In this document: positions 12,757-24,860 of the stretch, piece after piece
How the letters are laid out: each line of letters starts with the position of its first letter
Position numbering within the stretch: position 1 is the stretch's first letter
Origin: Phoronis australis
Taxonomy: Eukaryota; Animalia; Phoronida
DNA: 64,000 nucleotides
Direction of reading: 5' to 3'
NCBI GenBank assembly: GCA_002633005.1
Contig: NMRA01000262.1
Coordinates: forward strand, 363,735-427,734
Notes under the pieces: model-generated
Told to the model about the DNA's origin: nothing
The model's database searches: none
What the model saw: the letters and a program-made list of their open reading frames with translations, nothing else
Position numbers and translations under genes: made by a program

Positions 12757-14247
12757 GTCAGTGGATGGTTTTCTGTCTGTGATACTGCAGGGTAGCCAGG
12801 GGTGTGTTCCACAGTGCGAAACACTCAACTGGTCGCTTGCAGCCAAAATATTTGGCTTGTGTGAATTTCTCCATTTTTCTGGGCTATGCTAGTAAGGTTG
12901 TGAGCTTTCTCTCAACACACTTGCCTTTCATCTTGTCAAGCTTTCAATTAGAATCTTATTTCTAAGGAATGCACCTTGGTCTTCCTCTCTTGTGGCCATT
13001 AGAGCATTCTCATCACTATTGTACTTTTTCATGAATAAACTTCTTTTACCACAGGTTGTATTTACATTCCCACACATTGCAATTCTTTTCTTAAAAATAT
13101 ATTTTTGCAATGTACGAATTTCAGTTCAAACTCTTGAACGAGCAAGAGTTAGGAAATGTGCTTTTAACTTAAAACTGTTGAAATGTATCAATACTGTGTA
13201 ACAATACTGTGTAACAATACTGTGTATGTATATGTATCAATACTGTGTATCTGTATGTATCAATACTGTGTATCTATATGTATCAGTACTGTGTATCTAT
13301 AGTACATGAGGAAAAATGTGCTCTGCAGAATGCTTAATATGACTTTTGAGAAAAACATCATTTTCAGATTTATTCAAACTGACTGTGGAAAAAATAATAA
13401 TTCTTAATCCTATTTTTCAAAGGCTCCCTGCTTAGAAATTTCATCATTGTATAATTTGCTTACTGTTATTCTGTACAAGACAAGCCAACAGCAAAGAAAA
13501 TAAACTTTTCTGTAATGTTATTTTTTGATGATTAATGTGTCCAAAGGGAAATTAACTTGCTTGCCATACTGTGTTCCAAATTAAAGACTACTGTATTCAA
13601 ACAAAAATAATGACCAACATTGTCTTTTTTCGTTTTTCAAATGCTCACTGTATTGCCAAAATGTTAAAAGTTTCATACTAATATATAGTTTTCAAATTAT
13701 CAATAATTGTGTTTGGACACTCTCGTTGCAAATTTTACTAAACTTTTGATAAAATGAAAGTTTAACTGTTCTGCAACATTGTTTTCTAATTTGAAGAAAC
13801 TTCATATTCTCTTCTATTGTAAAAATCACGCCTGCTCCAAACTAGAAGAAACTAAATGTTTGCAACAGCAAATCAAACTGAGGGTCATATAGTTGAAGTT
13901 CCTGGACCAGTTCATATACTTTTGGTTGCAGTGTTCGCAGAGTTGGAAATGTTAAATAACTTTGTAAACTTTCCTTCTCTTCACCCCATTGTTTGTATGC
14001 CTTTAAGATAGCGAAATCATTTACAAAATTTTCAAGTAAAGTAAAGATTTTATTTTTACCTTATGCATGCTTTGACAAGAGAAAACTGGACAGTGCTCCT
14101 AAAATCATAAAAATATGTTGGTTAAATTCAGAATTGGTCAATTCAGTTTTGTTTCTTACTATGAAGAATGAGCTTGTTTGCAAAGTCTCTGGTGGCATTT
14201 TTATTGTCCATCTTTCCAGAGAGAATATTATTTCACGACTATATAGC

Positions 14248-14918
14248 TATTCTCTAACACTGTATTGTACCACAATTCTCCTACACTGTGCTGTACCACT
14301 ATTCTCCTACACTGTGCTGTACCACTATTCTCCTACACTGTGCTGTACCACTATTCTCCTACACTGTATTCTCCTACACTGTGTTGTACCACTGTTTTCC
14401 TACATTGTGCTGTACCACAATTCTCCTACACTGTGTTGTACCACTGTTTTCCTACATTGTGCTGTACCACTATTCTCCTACACTGTGCTGTACCACTATT
14501 CTCTAACACTGTGCTGTACCACTATTCTCCTACACTGTATTCTCCTACACTGTATTCTCCTACACTGTGTTGTACCACTATTCTCTAACACTGTGCTGTA
14601 CCACTATTCTCTAACACTGTGCTGTACCACTATTCTCCTACACTGTATTCTCCTACACTGTGTTGTACCACTATTGTCTAACACTGTGCTGTACCACTAT
14701 TCTCTAACACTGTGCTGTACCACTATTCTCCTACACTGTATTCTACACTGTATTCTCCTACACTGTGTTGTACCACTATTCTCTAACACTGTGCTGTACC
14801 ACTATTCTCTAACACTGTGCTGTACCACTATTCTCCTACACTGTATTCTCCTACACTGTATTCTCCTACACTGTGTTGTACCACTATTCTCTTACGCTGT
14901 CTTGTACCATGACTATTC
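14248..14918. repeat. compound ~15/29-bp minisatellite
   Basis: units ctacactgtgctgtaccactattctc and ctacactgtattctc. Confidence 0.95.
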
Positions 14919-15170
14919 TAGTAATAATAAACAATCTATTCACACCAACCCCTGGTCTCCTTTTCATCTCATGCGATGCATGATTTTTATCTGGTCCAGG
15001 TGTCATGAATGAAATAGTAAGTGTAAGCATTATAATTACAGAGAGTGTACACTACCATAATTCAACTCCCCATTTCTACAGGAGTTTTCATTGGTAGTCC
15101 ATGGATATTCCTTATTGAAATTTAAAATATGTTTACTCTGAAAAATGAGAATGCTTTTGTTTATTTTCAG

Positions 15171-15292
15171 GCACTTGGAAAAATCAAAGAGTGTATCTTA
15201 GCAACAGACCTGGCCTTATTCTTTGGGAACAGAGCAAAACTTAAGGAACTTGTTGATCAAAAGAAATTTGACCCTACAATACTGAATCACAG
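15171..15292 (+). CDS. PDE10A: PDE10A-like exon (ILATD motif)
   Basis: ALGKIKECILATDLALFFGNRAKLKELVDQKKFDPTILNH(R); tttcAG acceptor, AG|GTAAAA donor; ends in phase 2. Confidence 0.94.
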
Positions 15293-15754
15293 GTAAAAAA
15301 ACAGCTGCAATTTAAAGTGTTAAGACATGCAATTAACCCACTTACTATCGCACTCATCTGATTTAAAGCCCAAGATGTATAAATTGAAAATGTCAAATGT
15401 CAGGATGTAGAGAAATTTCCCTGTTGAAATGAAGTACTCATACAAACTGAAAGCAACTTGCTTATTTTCACACAAAATGACTGAAAACAAGATTTAGTGT
15501 TACTGCCAATTTCATAGCTGATCCCAAGTTATGCCAATGTCCACCAAACTTTGATGAGATATAGTTTGATCAATTTTTTTGAATGGAAACAAGAGACTTA
15601 TCAGAATATTTGGTCTGTAGAATTTGGGACATTGGACATTCAGTACATAATTGTATACAAGTTGCTGACTAAGTTGTCTTTGGGAGGACATTATGTTCAA
15701 GTTGCTGACTTAGTTCTAGTTTTGAATCTGTTCTTTTATCATTTTTGCGTGTAG

Positions 15755-15866
15755 AAGGTTAGTGGAGGCCATATTGATGACTGGATGTGACCTGTGTGCA
15801 AGTACCAAACCCTGGGACATCCAATGCAATACTGTTAGCGTTATATTTGAGGAATTTTACCTCCAG
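15755..15866 (+). CDS. PDE10A: PDE10A-like catalytic exon, mutually exclusive variant A
   Basis: 112 nt, phase 2-0; (R)RLVEAILMTGCDLCASTKPWDIQCNTVSVIFEEFYLQ; gtgtAG acceptor, CAG|GTAGAG donor. Confidence 0.93.
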
Positions 15867-17277
15867 GTAGAGATCAATTGCCATAGATTACTGTCAATGC
15901 ATGAGTCACTGTAGTGAAGAGTAGAGTTGTAGAAACAGTTTTCTACTGCATTGGAGGTGGTTAGTCTCACCTCCATGTACAATAATACCTGCTATAGGTT
16001 GGCAAGGCAATGTATGGGTGTTGTGAGTGGTGTGAGCTGTAGTCTATTTCTCTGAAGCCTGTAGTGATTTCTATTCTGAATATTAGAAGAAAACATGGGT
16101 TTATAGACTCTTTAAATTGCTTTTTTGAATGATTGGTCTATTACATCACTTCATTGTCAAAATAATTACATAATGAGACAGTGAGAGACATTCACTCAAG
16201 CAACTAAGGATGACAAAGAAGGACAATCAGGACAAGAAAAATTGTAATGTATTTTATAGTATTATGATGGTTGTTCTTTTTATTGATATAGTTATTATAA
16301 TGTTGAATTTAGATGGTTTACAATCATGGCACACAACTAAGAGTTAAGAGCAACATTGTACGAAACAAGACAAGGCATGCAATAGTGTCAGTGCAAATAA
16401 TAAATATATTAATAGATAATAAAACTATAAAGGATATTTTCATCGTGTTTGGTAGGTTTATTCCAAAATACACGAATACACAAAACAGTAATAATAAGTA
16501 AATAATTAAAGTAACAAATAAGATAAGGACACACTACAGACACATGGTAATAGGAGCCTATCAAAGAACTTCCCTTCATTGCTCTGTGATGCTTTGTAGT
16601 GTCAAAAAGGTGTGCTCCATTGCACGTTTCAAATGTCTGACACATACCATCATTATTTTTCTTTTGCCATAGTCGATAAAAAACGAATGAAATTTTTGTC
16701 ATCACCGACGATTATTATCACTGAGAAGTAGTTACTTGTGCACACTTTAAAACCAGTAATTTCTTTTTGTCTTCATTGTTTTATACTTTACAGTGACCTC
16801 AACACCATTACTCTGAAACTTGTTTCTTGTTTGTAAATGTTATCTTAGAACTCCATTTCTGTGTATTTCTATTAATGACTCATATTTTACTACCAATTAT
16901 CAGATCAGAAAAGCATCGGCTATGAATGATTGCATTTTGTTGCAAGGTTAGATAATTGTTTGGAATTCAAAACCAACAAAGAACTGGGAAAATGACATTG
17001 CTTTCATGCTTCACAATATTTAAATTTAATTTTTTTTTCAAAATTATTCACCAGGTTCATACGTACACTCGCTATTTTGTTTCATGATTTTCCTTTCTCA
17101 CTCTCAGTTGCTGCCTGTTTTCACAACCTATTTGGCTCACACTTTTCCACTCTACTTTAACTGGTAGAAGCCTTTCCCCGCTCTCCACCTGGCAATCTTG
17201 CTCAGAGTGAAAAGCTACACTTGGAGCAGATCTGCTCCTATTTTTTCAGTGTATGTCAGGGTCTTATACCATTATTG

Positions 17278-19348
17278 CTAGTGCATGCTTTGATCAGTTC
17301 TTTACATCCTGGGTCCAGATCTGTTCATAATTGCTAGTGCATCATGGGCTTAGATGAACTCATTTACAGTACAAGCTAAAAGAAAGCAGACACCATTTCC
17401 ACATCATGGCTATCAATTCCGCCTGCATTTTTTTCCCGCTGAACTCGAACTGGAAATAACACACCACGATGCATAATAACAGCTGTAATCTGTCATCATA
17501 ACTCTAATGACATCATACCGGTCCATTACTTTGAACAACCAAGTACTTATGAGGCAACAACTCAACTACCAAAGTACATAATGGCACACTGCCCAATTAC
17601 AAGATTTTTGCCCAGTGACAATCATAAAAGTTTAACTATACCTTTCAATCACGCAGAGTTTGGGTATTTTCTGTTAGCTGTTAGCGGACTGAGACCAATG
17701 CCTACGTACAGCTGAATTATGAAAAAAAAAATTTTACCGTAATCAGTTTGCAAAATACTTGCATGGGATAAATATTTCTGCACGATTAGAGCAAAATTGT
17801 TCTCATGAACATTCTGATTCTGTCGCGTATTTTGTAAGCAAGACCATGTACCTTAAATGATGAATTTGCGAAGCCTCAAAGTACTGCACAGGGCATCGGA
17901 ATATGTTAAATTGTGCCCTTTAGAAAAAGATAACAATGTTACTAGGTGTTGTAATACCATAACAAATAACAAAAAACAAAACATCAAATACAATCCTTTC
18001 TTCATGTGCTCAAAATTATCTTCATGAGACCAGGGACGGAAAGACATCAAATAATTAATAAAGCAACCGAAAGAATGAACTGTAGACCAATGAAAGCGGA
18101 AGGCGGAGATTTTTGTGGAAATTGTACATAAGAGTGTGGGCCTAAATCAGCGCTCTGGTGTTGTGTCAATATCATGAACAACATGAAATCAGTAGCACAG
18201 TACATGTACATGAATCAGTTTTAATTCGATGTAACTTGAGACAGAAACGCGGACTTTTGCATGTATAAAGTAGCAATGAGTGACCTAATTACAGTGTAAC
18301 TGTCGCTTGCATTGGGATTCATCTTTTAAAGTTAACTTGAGGTTTGTTCACGATTGATTAGATCAGAAATATAGGAACAACTAGCTATTCCACTTGAATT
18401 AAACATGACATGTCTACTCATACATGACATGTCTACTCATACATGACATGTCTACTCATACATGACATGTCTACTCATACATGACATGTGTACACTTATA
18501 CATGACATGTCTATTCATACATGACATGTCTACTCATACAGTTAATTCCGCTAAACATGACATTTCTACTCATACAGTGCAGTTTCGCTAAATTATGTCA
18601 ACTGAAATAGCATGGAATTTTATCTGCTCAGCAGGCCTGACTTGGAATACCTTTGTTTTTTCCGTTTACTTTTGGCTTGAACTGTATTAACTAGTGCATG
18701 CTGGGATCAGATCTGTTCACATTACTAAGAGTGCATATTGTAGATTCATCACGGCTTGGAATTTTCCTCTTTTAAGAGGATTACCTCTTTTTTGATTTCC
18801 ACTTGTTTCCAGTTTCCCCTTTTTTTGTTTTTTTTTTCATTTTGACTTGATTCACTCAAAAATGTTTATTTCAGTTAATTTTTACATCACAAAAATATCT
18901 CCATCGCACTATCCTATTTATTTGTGGAACGATACATCACCTGTCCTCGTTTTTGTCATTGGTCATTCCAAGCCCTGATTCATAATAGCTATAGTGCATG
19001 TTCTTGGGATCATATCTGTCGTGTAGCAGGATCAGATCTTTTCACATATCTGACTAGTGCATGATGGGATCTAGGTTGCATCCTATAGATACAAGGCTGT
19101 AGTCACGTGATAGTGTAATCATGTGCTTCCCTTTTAATGGATGGCAACATTTTGATGGTGAGGAAGTACATGATAACAATTCTCTCACAAGAAACTTAAT
19201 TGGTCTCAGGAACGCAATCCAGATCTGTTCACATAACTAGGGGATGATGAGGTCATATCTGCTCATATAACTAGTGCATGATGAAGTCATATCTGTTCAT
19301 ATAACTAGTGCATGATGAGATCAGACCTCTTCATATAGCTAGTGCATG
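17278..19348 (+). promoter_or_regulatory. cluster of Rbfox-type TGCATG intronic splicing elements in a local ~34-bp repeat
   Basis: TGCATG at 17282, 17760, 18258, 18695, 18995, 19058, 19275, 19309, 19343 (also 15898 and 19505 just after each alternative exon). Seven sit in the context TAGTGCATG, most followed by a GATCAGATCTGTTCA-like tract. Confidence 0.7.
18403..18575. repeat. 19-bp minisatellite
   Basis: unit catgacatgtctactcata, ~7 copies plus a partial copy. Confidence 0.9.
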
Positions 19349-19388
19349 CTTGTCGTTGTTGCTATCGTCGTAACTGTTGTCATTCTAG

Positions 19389-19500
19389 AGAGATGTTGAT
19401 GTACCACAGTATGACTGCTGCTGATCTTTGCTCAATGTATAAACCATGGAACCTCCAGGTCAAGTTAGTTAACATCATTATGGAAGAGTTCTGGCAACAG
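19389..19500 (+). CDS. PDE10A: PDE10A-like catalytic exon, mutually exclusive variant B
   Basis: 112 nt, phase 2-0; (R)EMLMYHSMTAADLCSMYKPWNLQVKLVNIIMEEFWQQ; ttctAG acceptor, CAG|GTAATG donor; aligns to variant A without gaps. Confidence 0.88.
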
Positions 19501-20718
19501 GTAATGCATGTTGTAGCAACACAATATGGTAGTTATATAACCATTAAAGCCATTGGAAATTAATGTTTTTTTCTAAATGTTGTTATGTGTAGCTTATTGT
19601 GAGATAGCCTGTAGCCTGGCTGCTACATGAAGTAGTGACATTTTGTGAGCTTATTACATGCCATCTGTTTATCATGTTGCCTAATGATGGAACATAAAAT
19701 CATTCATTTGAATTTGTTCACAATGTCTTCATGATGACATCCATTTTTATTTTCTGATAACTTTCAACATAAACAAGCAGATTCTCCTGGAACAGTACCC
19801 AAACTTTTGCTTCTTATTTTCTTCCCAGTAAAATCAGGGACTTCAACTTTTGTAGACTGTCAATTTTTAGTATTAAGCTTATGCTGATGAATGTTTTTCA
19901 ATCCCTGAGCGTTTTTGGCGGCATGCCAGCAGTTTTCCCAAATGTTCCTTGCATTAGTCAAGTGAAATAATCTATGTTTGTAAAGATGGCAAAATTTGAC
20001 AAGGTTAAGCTGGTCCATCCTACACAGCGATACTGGAATCTTGCTGTATTTACCCAGGATGTTATAAACATCCGTCGGAACATTTGCTCTCTCCTTTTCG
20101 TGCCATTGGAATTACACTTATTTGTTGTTGTCTGATTCTTTTCAAGTTTTATTCGTAATTCCAATGCTAATAAAGTATTACTGCTGTGTTATAGGCTGCA
20201 TCTCCGATGTGAGAAATTTTAATAAACTGGACAGTCAAATGCCCATGTATACGTGATGTGATATTCTTTGCCTTACTGACATCAATGAGAGACACAAAAA
20301 TGTGCATGATTTCCAAAAAAGAGGTCACAGGCGTTTTTATCTCTGGGACAAATGAGAGTTCTATTGCCCAACTGAGACTAAACCTTACAAATATGAATTC
20401 AAGCACTTTTACAGAAGGTGTTGGAAATGTTCCCCATCGGCATCTAAGCACAATTTAATTCGCACAGCTCTATGGAATACATTAGTCAAGAATGAAATTG
20501 ACAAACTACTGAAAAAACTCTTATAGGCACATTGAGTGCTACATGAAGTTTTGAGCCCCAAGCTCAAGCAGAAAAAATTATTACGAAATGTTTGTGGCCA
20601 AGATGTCTAAGGAGATTCACCTTGTATTCAAACTTTTGTATGTTTTTTCCACAAATATAAGCAGTGCACTATGTTAGTGTGAGTCACAAATACTTATGTT
20701 CACTTACAACCATTTCAG

Positions 20719-20799
20719 GGTGATGAGGAGAAGACACAAGGAATCCAACCTATAGCTATGATGGACAGAGCCAAGGCACACCAGCTTCCTCAGAGCCAG
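20719..20799 (+). CDS. PDE10A: PDE10A-like exon (GD...MMDR, invariant Gln)
   Basis: GDEEKTQGIQPIAMMDRAKAHQLPQSQ; 81 nt, phase 0-0. Confidence 0.95.
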
Positions 20800-21049
20800 G
20801 TACTGTTTTAACAAGCACTTCCTGCAATACCACAGTGCTCTTTTGATTCTGCAGTATTTACCCACAAACCTGTGCATTTGCTGGGCACTTCCCTCACAGC
20901 TGTGCACTGCTGCTGTGTTAATAACTATAGTTTGCCATTTGTCATCATTCTTACGCCAATAAAATTTTAAGTGAGTTGCAATACAAACTCAAGTCCCTGG
21001 GATCCACACACATAGTTACACTAGAACAACTTGCACTAGTGCAACTTAC

Positions 21050-21183
21050 CATGGGCGGCGCAGCACTGAAAAAAGTGGGGACTATCAGCCCCCCTGTGGT
21101 ACACCGCCCATAGACCATGGGTGCCAGAGCACTGAAAAAAGTGGGACTATAGCCCCCAGCCCCCCTATGGTGCGCCGCCCATG
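21050..21183. mobile_element. tiny CA...TG MITE with 5-bp TSD (hAT5-like)
   Basis: TIR catgggcggcgca / tgcgccgcccatg; cttac on both flanks. Confidence 0.8.
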
Positions 21184-21398
21184 CTTACCCCTCTTTTAAG
21201 TGGAGCTTCCACATATATCCAATAACTGGGCCAGGTGCCTTCATCTATTCTCACTCAAGTCAAGGTAAAAATAATTCAAATTAAGTTAGTGTGTAGGTAG
21301 TTAATAGAGAAGATATTCTGGACACGTCCTAGTAAGTGCACACCACCAGGACAAGTAATGCCATGGTCAAGGTCAGTGTTGCTGGTTTTGTATTCCAG

Positions 21399-21487
21399 GT
21401 TGGTTTCATCCTTGGAATCTGCCTACCTTGTTATGAGCTGATGGCCGAAGTATTACCTGGTTCTGAACCTATGGCAGAAGGCGCAAG
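21399..21487 (+). CDS. PDE10A: PDE10A-like exon (clamp Phe helix)
   Basis: VGFILGICLPCYELMAEVLPGSEPMAEGA; ttccAG acceptor, AG|GTATAT donor. Confidence 0.93.
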
Positions 21488-21808
21488 GTATATATGACAG
21501 TTAAAGTGCATAAAGTAACTCTTGATTTAAATCACTTGCAGTAATTATTAGACTCAAACTTTTCCTTGATCAAAATTTATTTCTGGACTGATGTATTACT
21601 TCATTATAACTTGAGACCCCCATGGCTTGACCAGTTGACTTGTCATGGCATGTAATCATGCCCCGTGCTCTTGGTCTCAAATAGCACCTGTCATTTTTCT
21701 AAACCATTTCACACATTTAATTCTGCAGCTAACTTACTTTCGTAGGTTTGAAATTTGACACCTGCGTGAATTCAATTTGTGTATCGAGGTCTGCCATGTT
21801 GTTTGCAG

Positions 21809-21881
21809 TGCTAATTTAAAGAAATGGAAAGAACTTGCTGAATCACAACCGGAGAAAGAGGAAGACTCACAGACCAGCTGA
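21809..21881 (+). CDS. PDE10A: PDE10A-like terminal coding exon
   Basis: tttgcAG acceptor; (S)ANLKKWKELAESQPEKEEDSQTS-stop (TGA at 21879-21881); NxxxW motif of the PDE C-terminal helix. Confidence 0.9.
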
Positions 21882-24860
21882 ATTGTGGGATATCACATTT
21901 TACAGCAATTGCTTTGATACCAGTCATTTACTTCTGCACATTTAATTTCACATTGTGAAACGTATGTCAGTTGTTGACAATAATTGTCATATACCATATT
22001 TGCAATACGATGAAGGGAGCACCTTGCTACTTTCTGCATAATATTACTTTTAGACTGTGACATGCAGGTTAATAGTCAGGTGTGGAACAAGAGGGGGCCT
22101 ACAGGGTTCAGAACTCCCCATCTGAGCTTTTGCTGTGTTGTAATAGAAGAATATAATTTGGCAGTCTCTTGTGAAACACTTGCAGTAACTGAAGGAAACT
22201 GTGTGCCATTGACAATAGATGGCGCTGGCTTCACAATGAGAATTTTGAAAGGTATACTAAGAAAAAAGGGACAAAAAACAAAATCTCCACTTTTCACCCC
22301 AAAACCACCACTTGTTTGCCGATGCACAACTAAAACCAACATGAGATTTTGAAACCAAATTTCCTACCAATTCCAAAACTGGTTCAAAAGTACTGTCAAC
22401 CAACTATTTCTTTTGCAAATCTGGCTACCTAAAATCGCAGCCAAAATCTCGTTACCCAGCCGTGCAAAATTGCAACAGGGGCCGCCATCTTGAAGAAGAG
22501 TGCAGCTACAGCCAAGCAAGTGATGTTTTTCATTTTCAACATGTTCACAAATACAAACAAACCACATTCACCGAGTCTACATGCAATGCCTACCTAAAGA
22601 AATGCCCCCAAGCCTGGCCTACCATTAGGTTTTAATATTACTAGGTCCATGAATTAAATTTTGTTTGGTAACATTCAGTAGCAAAATACGGGTATCGATG
22701 GTGTATTTTTATAGGGAAAATAAGAGATAGAAAATGAAAATTACATCTTATAAAATTTACAGAAAACGATAACAAACTATTGTGGAAATCTTGTTTATTG
22801 GAGATCCTATAGGTCTGATAAATCGAAGCACTAGGTTAAAAGTTTGCCAGCGTCCAAAACTATCACAGACTACAGCATGTATTTTAATATCTAATTTACA
22901 TTTTAATGCGATTGTGTGTGTGGGTGTGTGTGTGTTTGATTTCTTTTAAAGACTAGTACAGCTCCTGGAAATCGTTTTCCTATTATATCTACAATTAAGA
23001 CCAAGCCCAGAGGAATGAGAGACAATGCTCCATTGTATGCCATTAAAGCCAGGATTTCAACCTGGGTCTCCTAAATGGTGTCCACAGATTACTGACTTGC
23101 AACATTGTTGATTGTTAAGAAGAATCATTATTTTCCAACAACTATTTAAGAGTTGCAAAGTTTCATAAAGTGTTATGTATATCAGTATTACAAAAGTGCT
23201 GTTTAAAGTGGAAAATTCTTAATTTGCAAAAATTCTTGTGTTCATATGTTGATTGGTATCTTTTAAGAATTCCGAGATAGTCTTTGCTGACGCCAGTACC
23301 GCACAGTGGACTTTTGTGTCGTCCTGTAAAGAGGCTGTCTTCGGAAAGCATGTGTCTGAACTGTGAACAAAGCATGTACATGTAATAATATAATTTGCTC
23401 ACTGTATGTTCAAAATATCTCCCCTGTTTGTGTGAACAAATTTATTTAAATGATTTAAAACTGATGTTCTTCAGATTTCCTTTACAATTTTGTCAAATCT
23501 TTTTGAAACTAAATCTAATGCAATGAGTAACAGACAATTTGCTCTTTTATAACAAAAATGCACATAGAAACTTAATTTTAATGAGTGAATGCAATTGCTT
23601 AGTTTCCCTGTATTCTTTTAGCATGAGTTTTATCCAATAGGGGATAGAAAATTTTGATTTTTTCCTACAATTATGTCCCGCATCAACACTTGATAAGTGA
23701 ACGTTTTAAGTGAAGTGGTATTAGCTAGTACTGTTATTTTCACTTATTCTGATTGTCTATCAAAATGTGCATACATGTGATTTCTTAACTTCAAGTGTAG
23801 AGCATTGCATTTTTACTGTGGTGATGTCTTTGTATTGCTTGTTGTGAATATTGTCAAACAATTTTATTTTAATGTATTATAGCAATTTGATGTCCATGAA
23901 AAGCACTAATCTACATCAAAGACATTATTAACATTATTCAGTGCTAGTCTGACTGTGAATAATACTAATTTATTTTTTAAAGTTTAAATAACAAACGTGG
24001 GTGCATTTAGGTGAGTATGAAAAACTGTTATTGCTTAGAAGCCAGGATGAGTATCCCTAAAAATGTGATAGTCAAGTTTTTGGGGAAACATCGTGCTTTT
24101 ACCCAGTCCATGATTGATTAGTCCAAAATTAAACTCTACAAAACTTCTTACTTTGCGATAACATAAACTTGTACCAAGTTAAATTTTGTATTTTTGTTCT
24201 TTTTGTCTAGATATAGAAACTGGCTGTAGAGGTCGCTGATGTCTACTACTTTGCGCCATTACATGTAAGCTTGTACATTTTCCCGTGGCACCTTTACAAT
24301 TGATCTTAATTGTATTTTTTCTAAAAGATAATCTGGGTTAGTTCATCTTTACTTGGTAATCTTCCACAATTATTGATTTGTCAGTATCCATACGGGCTAT
24401 GTGACCCACAAAATCAAAAATGAAATCTGTTGTTATTTATATTTTGTAGTTTACTTGTTACTGTTTTATTTAGTTATGGTTATTTTCACTTGTTCATTTT
24501 GTGTCTTACGTTTCTCTTGTTACTTCATTATTATGTCTTATATGCTGTTTAAAACTCAAAAATGTCTCTAACATTTTTTCATCTACGGTTGTGAAATTAA
24601 CTGTTATTGGTGCAAATGAAGAGAAACTAGCAGCTTTGAACTTCCATTATCTTTTGTGTAACCTAATCAAGAGCCTATAAACGATGTTTATCTTCAGTAT
24701 TTTCCTCGAGTCTCTTTATCTGTTTTTAATAACCTCACCTAGGCAGCAGTTTCATGGGCACACGGTACTTTTTTAGCCTATAGCAATTTGTGCTCCAAAA
24801 GGTAAAGTGTACATATTTCATTGTCAATTAAAATGTAAAAGAAAGAACCTGTTTTTGTAT
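21882..24860 (+). other. putative long 3' UTR of the PDE gene
   Basis: AT-rich and repeat-poor sequence after the stop codon; ATTAAA at 24827-24832 followed by a T/G-rich tract. The end point is a guess. Confidence 0.3.

Noticed and set aside
13993-15012. 339-aa Cys/His/Leu-rich ORF
   Set aside because: Translation of an intronic minisatellite; overlapping frames give the same periodic peptides.
16794-16836. Possible third alternative PDE exon after a strong acceptor-like tract (ttatactttacAG)
   Set aside because: The phase-2 frame reads DLNTITLKLVSCL-stop with no DL..KPW..EEF motif. I found no other copy between 15.9 and 20.7 kb.
19389-19500. Exon B as a haplotype or assembly duplicate of exon A
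   Set aside because: Only 15/37 amino-acid identity and unrelated flanking introns, which points to an old duplication rather than an allelic artefact.
19960-20560. Possible hAT transposase fragment on the minus strand
   Set aside because: Only weak resemblance (TSFLEIMHIFVSLIDVSKAKNITSRIHGHL); too degraded to call.
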